From the NCBI GenBank assembly GCA_045654485.1, contig JAZONN010000023.1:103342-167341 (forward strand): a stretch of 64,000 bases of DNA, written 5' to 3'. Below are positions 36,701-44,910 of the stretch, piece by piece (position 1 is the stretch's first letter; each line of letters starts with the position of its first letter). The DNA comes from Candidatus Enterousia sp. Lineage in GTDB: Bacteria; Pseudomonadota; Alphaproteobacteria; Rs-D84. A model generated the notes under the pieces. The model did not search any database. It worked only from the letters and a program-made list of their open reading frames with translations, and had not been told where the DNA came from. The position numbers and the translations under genes were made by a program.

Positions 36701-38949
36701 GAAAGGGGATTAATTTCCAAGATGTGATTATTAATGATGGTACTTTGTCATTGGATTCCAATTCGATGCTTGTTGATGTTGTGTCTATGACAATCAATGG
36801 CGGAAATTTGGTTTTGGATGGTGCGGGCTTTGTAACGGATGGCGCAATTGATACGGGCGCAATGCTGTACCAACAGTATGTGTCTGAATTGGCATCCAAA
36901 GATATCAATGTTGTAGCCGATAAATATACAATGACAATGTCGGCATTAGATGTTGCAGGTGTTCATCAGCAAAGCGGTCAGATGACCATTAATACAAATT
37001 CTATTAATGTTGATGGTGATATTGTTGCGACGGATTTGCGCTTTGTGGCGCCAATTGATGATATGGGACAGACCATATGGCAAAATGTTAATGTTGGTGG
37101 CAATGTTTCTGGTGGTGTAGAATTTTTGGGACTAGAAAAAATGACGATTGCCGGTGATTATACTTTTGATGCAAACAGTAAAATTAATGCGGCGATTTTA
37201 CCATATGCAAATGGTTTAGGGCTGAATACAACCGATATTAACTATTGGGCAACGGTCAGTTTAAATGACGATGATACGTTGGGACGGATTACAAATGCGG
37301 ACGATGGTGCGGCGTTGATAACCGTTGGTGGTTCGTTCAAATCGGGTGTGGTTTATGATGATGCCGCGTTTGGTTTGAATAATACCGCGGCGCAATTGGG
37401 TGAAGGTCAAATTGGAATTTCTTTGTTCGATGTTGTTGACCAAGGTACGGCGATTTGGTTGTTGTATGCCGATAATGGTGTTTATAATTTCAGCCAATTG
37501 GAACAAATGCGTAATTTGAACGTGAATTTCTGTAATGCGGATGGTTCTATTTGTTATAACTATTTAGATATGTTGGATGGTAATAATGGAACGGCTGCAG
37601 ATGGGGATGAAGCAACCGATTTGCCGGCGTATGTATCTGTACGTGATACCGATTCGGATGGTACAGCGGATAGTTTATATGTCGTGTTTGATCCAAGATT
37701 TGGTGGGCCAGTTTTGTTGGATAATATGAAGATTCAGCCGATTGTTGCACGTGAATCATATCACACCACGGGTGAATATGTATCGGCCGGTGCATTGGAT
37801 GATTTGTTGGTCGGTCAGGTTCATAACAAGAAGTTCTTTAATCGTACACCGATTGAAATAATTCCATTGGTATTTGAAGATTCGAATATATCTGAAATGG
37901 CGAATGAATTGTATAATCGTATGGAATACTATGTTGAAACATCTGATGGTGCGCCGTTGGCACGGTTTAGTCGTCTATTCCAAGTGCGTGAATTGGAACA
38001 AATTGCCGGTGGTATTTCATTGAATGAACATACTTCGTTCCGTTCGTTCGAAGACCGTATGTTTGATGAATTTATATGGAATCGCAATCGCCAATTGAAA
38101 AAGGCATGGGTTGATGTGGATTATGGTATGTTCTATCAGAACATTGATGATGGTAAGCATACCGATGGAAATCGTTTTGCGATTTCGGGTGGATTTGATT
38201 GGCAAGAAACGGATACATTGGTTTTGGGATTGACGGGTCGTGTGTCCCATACCGCATCCGCGGCATCAGATAATATGGATTTAAGTTATGCCGACGTTGT
38301 GCAAACGGGCGACGTTAAAATCGATGTTGCCGATACAGATATTGCAGTTGGTGGCTATATGATGAAAATTTTGGGTGAAAAAACACGTCTTTATGGAAAT
38401 GCGTTTGCAGATTTGCACTTCTTTGATGTCAATCGTTTTCAAACCTATGTTGATCCAATTGACGGCGATGGTATGGCGTTCAGTTTGATTTCCGAATGGG
38501 GGTTAATGCACGATATATTAAATCAATATATTGTGGGTAATGCATATGCACGTATCGGATATAACTTTGGTTTTAGTATTAAAGAACAGACCAAAGAAGA
38601 AGATTATATGCATTTGAAATCAGATGGCTATATGATTTTGACACCGGGGTATTCATTGACCGCACAAAAGAAAATCTATCCATCTGCGTGGTTCCAGATT
38701 CGACCATATGCATCGGTTGGTGTGGAATATGACGTATTGGGTGCGCCGGATTATGCGGAATATAAATTCTCGGTTGCGGAACGTTTTACAAATTATGACA
38801 TCGATATTAATCCATTGTGGGCGAATATCGGTGGTGGTGTGGAAATGTTGTCTGCACATGGGTTACAGTTGGGATTGGATTATAGGTATCAATATAATCA
38901 AGATATCCAATTACATAACATCAAGGTATCAGGATCGTATAGATTTTAA
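33760..38949 (+). CDS. classical (type Va) autotransporter with a ~1400-aa repetitive passenger
   Basis: ORF from TTG 33742; ATG 33760 gives MIKKLISFACCLLPMGAGAA. Gly/Asn/Val-rich beta-helix-like repeats. The C-terminal ~280 aa is a beta-barrel ending ...IKVSGSYRF. Confidence 0.85.
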   Translation: MIKKLISFACCLLPMGAGAAVVVNPDGSNAFVSTTQDAWVNAGGASITINSPQVISLVAENGFNLSNNMYIGAQNDQGSQNGNLYVLNTVGGGNNAFTISNGGTVSVGAMLQVLDGWTLGLQGAGNNAAFDFGSIDNGGKIVAQNVAEFTSGSIENSGQLDLDVVGNVTAGMLSANSGSFDINAGGDIEIAGVVNSSNSNNAIGATGGVFFGSDVQSNDGVLNVAAGGDVSVGGNLYHSGQKLSIAGGAFNVVGTMKNDLQNGAIVLNVNSLAVNGGTESTYSMVNNGDFYATVYGDTYLEYGMNLTGMGKDNEFSLDTGTLTFGANASSDTWFSAFANKLNNFNLAVRDGDIALGNYAAGVLNGADGNVNANMQLLAQNVYVTNVRNNGGSLIIKAADLDDGYDVVAPAMATMVGNIVVGDQVVGAAGSNTQLIASNALNVQGGVANSGAMTLNSNSVEIVSGVSNSGVGAVLNITSLTDKSGTVIIDGNLTNTDGLVNVNAKNVGIGGTLVNSSGTVNVTGSDLDGGSVYFGGINANGGVINLDALAGNVAVNSAIIVSNGALNLGGGIRNLDVDGAVQIDGNLTASANAAVGSGDVNIAATGTVPFVMNSSAVVVKGDVDVTDDAVVRNVQLDSSLVSVEGNVDVANKGYLTLGASGNSAVVNVGQSVNVSNSGTLENFANNFTAGTIGGNGLIITHGENITANAGDIDIAGGLVVDSARADLPTTGLITRDTNTVNITTTAAGADIKFVTVDVASGNTLNFDAADALNIAGTIVNSGNLMADAGGVIVGGALDNKSVAVFAGQNITFAGVNNVGDLELTATDGDINLSNVTTSGDLTINGNAGALMSAYNQTDGVTDINVDAVSAQSFVVNGDVNTVANITANTMTVDGNVRVAGNVSQGGADAMLNLSIGQLNANNLMFAQNFDIVTGDTDYNIGTNVSVDGNMNVADTASASFVLGGGFSAADVINAGNLYLNAGKGINFQDVIINDGTLSLDSNSMLVDVVSMTINGGNLVLDGAGFVTDGAIDTGAMLYQQYVSELASKDINVVADKYTMTMSALDVAGVHQQSGQMTINTNSINVDGDIVATDLRFVAPIDDMGQTIWQNVNVGGNVSGGVEFLGLEKMTIAGDYTFDANSKINAAILPYANGLGLNTTDINYWATVSLNDDDTLGRITNADDGAALITVGGSFKSGVVYDDAAFGLNNTAAQLGEGQIGISLFDVVDQGTAIWLLYADNGVYNFSQLEQMRNLNVNFCNADGSICYNYLDMLDGNNGTAADGDEATDLPAYVSVRDTDSDGTADSLYVVFDPRFGGPVLLDNMKIQPIVARESYHTTGEYVSAGALDDLLVGQVHNKKFFNRTPIEIIPLVFEDSNISEMANELYNRMEYYVETSDGAPLARFSRLFQVRELEQIAGGISLNEHTSFRSFEDRMFDEFIWNRNRQLKKAWVDVDYGMFYQNIDDGKHTDGNRFAISGGFDWQETDTLVLGLTGRVSHTASAASDNMDLSYADVVQTGDVKIDVADTDIAVGGYMMKILGEKTRLYGNAFADLHFFDVNRFQTYVDPIDGDGMAFSLISEWGLMHDILNQYIVGNAYARIGYNFGFSIKEQTKEEDYMHLKSDGYMILTPGYSLTAQKKIYPSAWFQIRPYASVGVEYDVLGAPDYAEYKFSVAERFTNYDIDINPLWANIGGGVEMLSAHGLQLGLDYRYQYNQDIQLHNIKVSGSYRF

Positions 38950-38981
38950 AAAAATCCCCCATAAATTGGGGGATTTTTTTG
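38948..38981. terminator. bidirectional terminator shared by the two convergent adhesin genes
   Basis: AATCCCCC-ATAAATT-GGGGGATT, flanked by A- and T-runs. Confidence 0.75.
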
Positions 38982-38993
38982 TTTGTACAGATT

Positions 38994-40709
38994 TTAGAAC
39001 AATTTGAATTTGTAATTTGTTCCCGCACGGAATGTGACGTTGGAATCTGCCAAACCTGCGGCGGCATTTACAGACCAATTATCGGTTAAGCCCATTGCCG
39101 CACCCAATGCAACGGCTGATTGGCTGTTATAGTATCCGTAACCACCACCAACAGAAACTTCGCCTTTGGCAACATTAGATACCGCAACAGAAGACATTGC
39201 TGCTGCACTTGCGATACCAGCTGACAAATCTTCTTCTAATGCGTCGACTTTTTTGTCGGTGTAATTGTATGCCGAGTTCAAAGACATGCTGTTCTTGGCA
39301 TCAGCATATGCTTTTGCAGCCGATAATGTCATTTCATCGCCTGCGATACGATTTGCAACTTCTTCTTCGATTGCCGATGTGTTCAAAGCAATTTTGCCGT
39401 CTAATTCTGCTTCTGCGGCTGTTGCACGTGCAACTTCGGTTTCAATCGCTGTTTTATTTGCGGCAATATTTGTTGCGTTTGTTTCAATTGCGGCTTTGTT
39501 TGCTGCGATGTTTGTTGTATTTGTTGCAATATCAGACGTGTTTTTTGATACTGCACTATCAAGTGTATTAATCGCACCAGTGAACGTCGTTTCGTTGCCG
39601 GCAATTACACCTGTCAAAGCATCGGATACCGCATTTGAATTTGCTGATTCGATACCCAATGTATTATCAACCCATTGTTGTTTTTCTGCAAAGACCGCTT
39701 CTGCGTCTGTGATGCTTACTTTTTGATCTAATTCGGAACGGATTGCGCCGCCTTCGGCCAATGCACTATCAATTGCGTTATTGGCACCGTTGGTTATTGT
39801 TTCTAAAATTGGTGCATCATAAACGTCTTTGGCTGCTTGATACAGGTCGCCGTTTGCAACAAAGGCGTCTGCGGCGGCTTGTTGATTTGCCTGTGCTGCT
39901 GCCAATTTTGATGTTGCTTCACCAACAGTTGCAAAATAACCGTCTAATTCGGCAATTTTATCGCTGTCGTCATTAAATACGGTTTCTGCCTTGTCAAAAT
40001 TCGCTTTTTCTGTTGCCCAATTGGCCCCAGTGTCTGCAACAGCGGCATCAACGGCGGCTTTATCTGTATTATATGCGTCACGAACATCTGTTAGTAATTC
40101 AAACAAAGCGCCGGATGTTGGTTCTTCTTGCGGTATGCCATTTAATGTATATTGCGTACCGTCGGCAGACAATTTCAATGTTTGACCTTCGTATTCAAAC
40201 GAATACATAGAGCCATCAAATGTTGTGTCGGTTGCACCATTTGTAATGGTCACTTCTGTGCCACCTGCATAGTCAGACAAGGTGTGTGTTGCAACCATAT
40301 TTTGAGCGTTTTCGCCCAATACAACGGTTTCGCCAGCCCCGTTTACGTATGTATAGTTGTCACGAACAGCTGTTTCGCCGGCGGCAATTGTTTGGGTGCT
40401 AATGACATCGCCTGATGCTGTTGATGTTCCTGTGTATGCAGAAATGTCCGGTGTTCCATCTTGTAGAGTTTTTGTTGTGCCATCTACATCCGTATATGTA
40501 AAATCTGTTAATGACGGTTCTGAATTATACGCAATATCTGATGCGGTTGTTCCATCTGATCTGACGTAATTATATGTTGTATTTGCAACGCCGTCTGCAA
40601 CATTCATATCGTCGTTATACATGCCACTAAATGACACGTCTGTTGCGGCAATTGCTGGACACGACATGGTAATCGCAACCAGCGAAGTTAAAATAAAAGT
40701 TTTTTTCAT
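38994..40709 (-). CDS. trimeric autotransporter adhesin (YadA-like, type Vc)
   Basis: 571 aa with a signal peptide. Stalk repeats TNTTNIAANKAAIETNATNIAANKTAIE. C-terminal YadA anchor ...AAMSSVAVSNVAKGEVSVGGGYGYYNSQSAVALGAAM...FRAGTNYKFKLF. Confidence 0.85.
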   Translation of the reverse strand: MKKTFILTSLVAITMSCPAIAATDVSFSGMYNDDMNVADGVANTTYNYVRSDGTTASDIAYNSEPSLTDFTYTDVDGTTKTLQDGTPDISAYTGTSTASGDVISTQTIAAGETAVRDNYTYVNGAGETVVLGENAQNMVATHTLSDYAGGTEVTITNGATDTTFDGSMYSFEYEGQTLKLSADGTQYTLNGIPQEEPTSGALFELLTDVRDAYNTDKAAVDAAVADTGANWATEKANFDKAETVFNDDSDKIAELDGYFATVGEATSKLAAAQANQQAAADAFVANGDLYQAAKDVYDAPILETITNGANNAIDSALAEGGAIRSELDQKVSITDAEAVFAEKQQWVDNTLGIESANSNAVSDALTGVIAGNETTFTGAINTLDSAVSKNTSDIATNTTNIAANKAAIETNATNIAANKTAIETEVARATAAEAELDGKIALNTSAIEEEVANRIAGDEMTLSAAKAYADAKNSMSLNSAYNYTDKKVDALEEDLSAGIASAAAMSSVAVSNVAKGEVSVGGGYGYYNSQSAVALGAAMGLTDNWSVNAAAGLADSNVTFRAGTNYKFKLF

Positions 40710-40734
40710 TTTCTTTTCCCTTTTTCGTTTAATT

Positions 40735-40996
40735 AAACAAAAACCGTCAAAGGAATTTGACGGTCAGGGGGTTAAGAAAATCATATACTTGAATGACCCC
40801 CTTGGCCTTTACGCATGTGCGCTGTTGTATAGCCAAGGGCCCCCCGACCAGAAATCGGGTAGAATTTTTTGCAAAATAAAAAGCGCATCCGCGCTGTATT
40901 CTATATTTTGCACAGTCGGATAAAACAATGCCATAAAAGACACCGCAAGTATATAGGATTTCTTACGTCCCCGAGCCAACATCCCTGTTGATTCAT
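40735..40996 (-). ncRNA. structured leader/ncRNA, copy B (paralogue of 23639..23860), ending in an intrinsic terminator
   Basis: Helix 1 pairs 40954-40946 with 40791-40783 (ATATACTTG/CAAGTATAT). Helix 2 pairs 40849-40840 with 40771-40762 (GGTCGGGGGG/CCCCCTGACC). Terminal hairpin is ACCGTCAA-ATTCCT-TTGACGGT followed by TTTGTTT. An extra internal terminator-like hairpin lies at 40873-40895. Confidence 0.45.
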
Positions 40997-41001
40997 TTTT
41001 A

Positions 41002-41030
41002 ATGATATATTTTTAGAGACAAAAAATCAA
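41002..41030 (-). promoter_or_regulatory. candidate promoter of leader/ncRNA copy B
   Basis: On the minus strand, TTGATT (41030-41025), 17-nt spacer, TATCAT (41007-41002). Confidence 0.35.
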
Positions 41031-41089
41031 CATAAAAACAAATTATTTAACTGATTTCTAATGCCATTGTGTTATTTTCTTGACTTTTT

Positions 41090-41118
41090 TGTCAATTTAT
41101 TGTATAATACTGTCAACA
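41090..41118 (+). promoter_or_regulatory. consensus sigma70 promoter of rho
   Basis: TTGACT (41090-95), 17-nt spacer with TG at 41111-12, TATAAT (41113-18), 45 nt before the ATG. Confidence 0.6.
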
Positions 41119-41162
41119 AAGGTGCGGTTCCGTAACCTAAAACTTCCACAAAAGGATTATTT

Positions 41163-42431
41163 ATGCATATTAATGAATTAAAGGCCAAGAGCCCACAACA
41201 ACTGCTGAAAATGGCAGAAGATATGGGAATTGAAAATCCATCGCAATTAAATGTACAGCAATTGCGCTTTGCGGTTATGCGTGTTTTTGCCGCAGATAAG
41301 AAAGTGACTTTAATCGGTGATGGTGTGTTGGAACGTATGCAAGACGGATTTGGTTTCTTGCGTGCGCCGGAATCTAATTATTTGGCGGGGCCGGATGATT
41401 TGTACGTGTCGCCAAATTTGATTAAAAAATATGGTTTGAAAACCGGTGACTATGTCGAAGGACAAATCCAAGCGCCGGCCGCAGAAACAGAAAGATATTT
41501 TGCACTTGAAACAATCGAACGTGTAAATGGTGATAATCCGGAAAAATTAAAACATCGTGTTTCTTTTGATGATATGACGCCATTATATCCAGATGAACAA
41601 TTGAAAATGGAAGTGGCGGATGACAAAGACAAAGGTCGTAATTTGTCGGCACGTGTTATCGATTTGATTTCGCCAACCGGTAAAGGTCAACGTTCTTTGA
41701 TTGTTGCGCCGCCACGTACCGGTAAAACCGTTATGTTACAGAATATTGCGCACAGTATCGCAACAAATTATCCGGATGTAAAATTAATCGTATTATTGAT
41801 TGATGAACGACCCGAAGAAGTTACCGATATGCAACGCAGCGTAAAGGGCGAAGTTATTTCATCGACCTTTGATGAACCGGCCGCACGCCATATCCAAGTT
41901 GCAGAAATGGTTATTGAAAAAGCCAAACGATTGGTCGAAGCCGGTCAAGATGTTGTTATCTTGTTGGATTCTATTACACGTTTGGGACGTGCATATAATA
42001 CCTGTGTTCCATCCAGTGGTAAAGTTTTAACCGGTGGTGTCGATGCGTATGCGTTGCAAAGACCAAAGCGTTTCTTTGGTGCGGCACGTAATATCGAAGG
42101 TGGTGGTTCTTTGACAATTATTGCAACTGCATTGGTTGATACGGGTTCAAAAATGGACGAAGTTATCTTTGAAGAATTCAAAGGTACGGGTAACAGCGAA
42201 ATCATTTTGGATCGCAAATTGTCCGATAAACGTGTATATCCGGCGATTGATATCACCAAATCCGGCACACGCAAAGAAGATTTGTTGGTTGGTAAAGATA
42301 TATTGTCAAAAATGTATGTTTTGCGTCGTATCATTAATCCAATGGGCACATTAGAAGCCATGGAATTCTTGTTGGATAAACTGCGTTTGACGAAGACGAA
42401 TAGTGATTTCTTTTCGTCCATGAACCAGTAA
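41163..42431 (+). CDS. rho: transcription termination factor Rho
   Basis: 422 aa. [26 protein letters not shown]-loop [10 protein letters not shown], and ...RKEDLL... near the C-terminus. Confidence 0.97.
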   Translation: MHINELKAKSPQQLLKMAEDMGIENPSQLNVQQLRFAVMRVFAADKKVTLIGDGVLERMQDGFGFLRAPESNYLAGPDDLYVSPNLIKKYGLKTGDYVEGQIQAPAAETERYFALETIERVNGDNPEKLKHRVSFDDMTPLYPDEQLKMEVADDKDKGRNLSARVIDLISPTGKGQRSLIVAPPRTGKTVMLQNIAHSIATNYPDVKLIVLLIDERPEEVTDMQRSVKGEVISSTFDEPAARHIQVAEMVIEKAKRLVEAGQDVVILLDSITRLGRAYNTCVPSSGKVLTGGVDAYALQRPKRFFGAARNIEGGGSLTIIATALVDTGSKMDEVIFEEFKGTGNSEIILDRKLSDKRVYPAIDITKSGTRKEDLLVGKDILSKMYVLRRIINPMGTLEAMEFLLDKLRLTKTNSDFFSSMNQ

Positions 42432-42441
42432 AATTAAATCT

Positions 42442-42616
42442 AATGGCGCATCTAAATCGTAATGGGATTGATTTGTGTATCGTTTGTACACTACGTCAAT
42501 CCCATTTCGTTTATCTGCACCATTATCTTTAATTTTGTAAGGTTGCACAATGGCGCATCTAAATCATAATGGGATTGATTTGTGTATCGTTTGTACACTA
42601 CGTCAATCCAATTTTT
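42442..42616 (+). repeat. two copies (42442-42507, 42549-42614) of a 66-nt unit, each a long hairpin plus T-rich tail
   Basis: AATGGCGCATCTAAATC(G/A)TAATGGGATTGATTTGTGTATCGTTTGTACACTACGTCAATCC(C/A)ATTT, period 107 bp. The inner stem is AATGGGATTGA/TCAATCCCATT. Confidence 0.85.
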
Positions 42617-42656
42617 ATCATCCTGCCAATGTGGTGGGATTTTTTTGTTGGGCAAT

Positions 42657-42884
42657 ATGAAAAAAATATATTTTTATATCTTTATTTTGGTGGTTATGCT
42701 GATTTTCTTTTGGGTTGGGGTACGATATGGTGTGGCAAAGTGTTCCGGTAATATGGCGGTGAATAATGTTAAAAGTCAGTTGGACATATTTATATTGGAA
42801 AGGGAAGTTAATGCAGAAAGTTTTAATCGTGGTGTTGATGATATTCGTCACATCTTGCGCAAAAAATACACCATTGCCGAATAA
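42657..42884 (+). CDS. small N-terminally anchored membrane protein (75 aa)
   Basis: ATG 42657 inside ORF 42582..42884. MKKIYFYIFILVVMLIFFWVGV is a TM helix. The RBS is weak. Confidence 0.4.
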   Translation: MKKIYFYIFILVVMLIFFWVGVRYGVAKCSGNMAVNNVKSQLDIFILEREVNAESFNRGVDDIRHILRKKYTIAE

Positions 42885-43017
42885 TGTTTGTGCGCCGGTT
42901 GTGTGTATGCCTATATATGGTCGGGCGGGGGATTGGGATATAATCAGTGATGATTTGGCACGAAATATTTATCGACATAATAAAATGTGTGCAGAATTAA
43001 AAAAGCGGGTCGATTGA
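42811..43017 (+). CDS. small lipoprotein (68 aa) whose gene starts inside the previous gene in another frame
   Basis: ATG 42811 inside ORF 42766..43017 with a strong RBS GGAAAGGGAAG. MQKVLIVVLMIFVTSC lipobox and four further Cys. Confidence 0.5.
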   Translation: MQKVLIVVLMIFVTSCAKNTPLPNNVCAPVVCMPIYGRAGDWDIISDDLARNIYRHNKMCAELKKRVD

Positions 43018-43034
43018 CCCGCGTTTATATTTTA
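43005..43034. terminator. terminator hairpin between convergent genes
   Basis: GCGGGTC-GATT-GACCCGC followed by GTTTATATTTT. Confidence 0.6.
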
Positions 43035-43041
43035 TCGCAAT

Positions 43042-43878
43042 TTAATTCTTTAATGCGATTTCAATTAAATCTTTGGCGATTTTGCCGGATTGTTCGTCGC
43101 CCGTTGGTGCGTATTCTACAAATTCAAAGCTGTGTGCGTCTGAAAATGCGGTGACCAATTGTGTGACAATGTCCAACCCAATGCCCGCCGGTTCCGGTAC
43201 CAATACATCTTTGAAGTGAGATGGGTCGATTGCGTCAAAATCCAAAGACACAACAAATTTACGATTGCCGATTTTTTCACGGATTTCATCAACGATTTTT
43301 TGCGTGCTGGCCGTGTCCATTAATTCGTTGGCGTGACGGATATATATGTTTTTATCGTGAACATTTGTGATTTCGGCGGGTTCATATGAACGTGATGCCA
43401 AATAGAACACATTTTCGGGTTTTAATGCCGGTTTGCGTTTTTGCAAAGAATGCCAGCGTTCGTCTCCTTCGCCCAACAATGCACGGACATTTGTGCCGTG
43501 TGGTGCGCCGGATGCTTCGGTGCGTGAAGATTCTGGGGTGTGCATGTCCAAGTGTGCGTCAATGTACACCAAACAGATATCTTCGTCTGCAAATTGGTCG
43601 GCGATGGCTGCAAAATGACCAAAGTTAACCGAATGGTCGCCACCAATTAAAATATGGCGTTCGGTTGGGGTGGCGCTATAGATTTTTTGTTGAATCTTGA
43701 AATTTTCGCCAAATCTGTCCGCCATGCATTCGGCCAGATTAAATTCGTCCGGTATCACAGATATCCAATGTGCGTCCGGAAACATTTTTTTGACCGCCAT
43801 TGGCCCCAGCGCAGGTCCTTCGTTTGTTATTGTTGCAGTGGCCGCACGGCCATATTCAATTCCCATTATTTTTTTCAT
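43042..43878 (-). CDS. ureohydrolase-family enzyme (arginase/agmatinase/formiminoglutamase)
   Basis: 278 aa with Mn-site motifs GGDHSV, DAHLDMH and SLDFDAIDP. Confidence 0.8.
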   Translation of the reverse strand: MKKIMGIEYGRAATATITNEGPALGPMAVKKMFPDAHWISVIPDEFNLAECMADRFGENFKIQQKIYSATPTERHILIGGDHSVNFGHFAAIADQFADEDICLVYIDAHLDMHTPESSRTEASGAPHGTNVRALLGEGDERWHSLQKRKPALKPENVFYLASRSYEPAEITNVHDKNIYIRHANELMDTASTQKIVDEIREKIGNRKFVVSLDFDAIDPSHFKDVLVPEPAGIGLDIVTQLVTAFSDAHSFEFVEYAPTGDEQSGKIAKDLIEIALKN

Positions 43879-44807
43879 TTGTATGACTCCACTATACTTT
43901 CGGCGGCATTTTTGATTTTTTGTAATGCCTGTTCATATGTGGCGCAATCACGTGTTATTTCCGAACGATATGCGTCACGTAAATTTGTTATCATGTATCC
44001 GCATCCAAGTAGGTGTTGGATGCAATATTCGTGGCCGGTGCTAAATGCATTTTGCCCACGAACACGGCTATCCATTGATGCCCAATCTATGTTTAGTGCG
44101 TTTTCAATATTAATCCATGAATTTCCGTTTGTGTATTGTCCAATGGTTTGATTCCAATATTCGTTCATTTCTGCATCGGTCCAAGTATTGGTGTTCTTGA
44201 TTGTTAAAATCTTGGTGATCAACTGTTCAATTGTGGGTTGGTACATCGAATCGATTTGTGATAGCTTTGCACTACAATAGCAGCGGTTATATGCCGTGTT
44301 TTCACGTTTGCAGTAATTGTCCATGCATGTTGTATAGTCCGCCAAGCACCGTACAGATGATACACGGTTGGTTGTTGTGCTTGGTGTTTGATATGCGATG
44401 GTTTTTTCGCTGCGGTTCGGTGTTTGTATGTTTGCCGAACGATATGTATTATTTTGATATGTTGCCCGTGCGGTATTTGGGCGTTGACGTACGCCACGTT
44501 GTTGTGTTGTTGTGGCGGTGTTTGGGCTGTTTGTTACCACCCGTGCGGTGTTTGTGGGGGTTGGACGTGACACAACACGGCGGGGTTCGGCGATTTGTGT
44601 TGTGCGTACAACTATGTCCATTGGGTTTGTGTTTTGGTTTGGTATTACCCCAGGGTTTAAATCTGTTCGCATTTTATTATTCATATATGGATACATATAA
44701 TTGTATGTGTCGGGCTTTATGTACGCAGATGCAGCAGGCGCCGCCATTGTGTTTATTGAAAACAAGCAGATTGATGCGAAAATTAATCCCAATTTCATTT
44801 TTGACAT
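43875..44807 (-). CDS. secreted protein: Thr/Asn/Arg-rich region followed by the CxxYxxCMDxYC...RCYCS Cys-motif domain
   Basis: 310 aa with signal peptide MSKMKLGLIFASICLFSINTMA. VRCLADYTTCMDNYCKRENTAYNRCYCSAKL parallels the 4934..7813 protein. ATGA overlap with the ureohydrolase gene. Confidence 0.65.
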   Translation of the reverse strand: MSKMKLGLIFASICLFSINTMAAPAASAYIKPDTYNYMYPYMNNKMRTDLNPGVIPNQNTNPMDIVVRTTQIAEPRRVVSRPTPTNTARVVTNSPNTATTTQQRGVRQRPNTARATYQNNTYRSANIQTPNRSEKTIAYQTPSTTTNRVSSVRCLADYTTCMDNYCKRENTAYNRCYCSAKLSQIDSMYQPTIEQLITKILTIKNTNTWTDAEMNEYWNQTIGQYTNGNSWINIENALNIDWASMDSRVRGQNAFSTGHEYCIQHLLGCGYMITNLRDAYRSEITRDCATYEQALQKIKNAAESIVESYK

Positions 44808-44910
44808 ATTGATATAATAGAAATTTTATCGAATTCAGACAAGCACATTTTTGCAAGTTGACTTTTTTTATGATATAATTTTTTGTGTGTATTATGAGAG
44901 GGGTGGGCCG

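Noticed and set aside
40890-40989. Leader peptide in ncRNA copy B (ATGAATCAACAG..., 31 codons on the minus strand)
   Set aside because: The equivalent frame in copy A is closed after 8-14 codons. The peptide is not conserved, whereas the RNA helices are.
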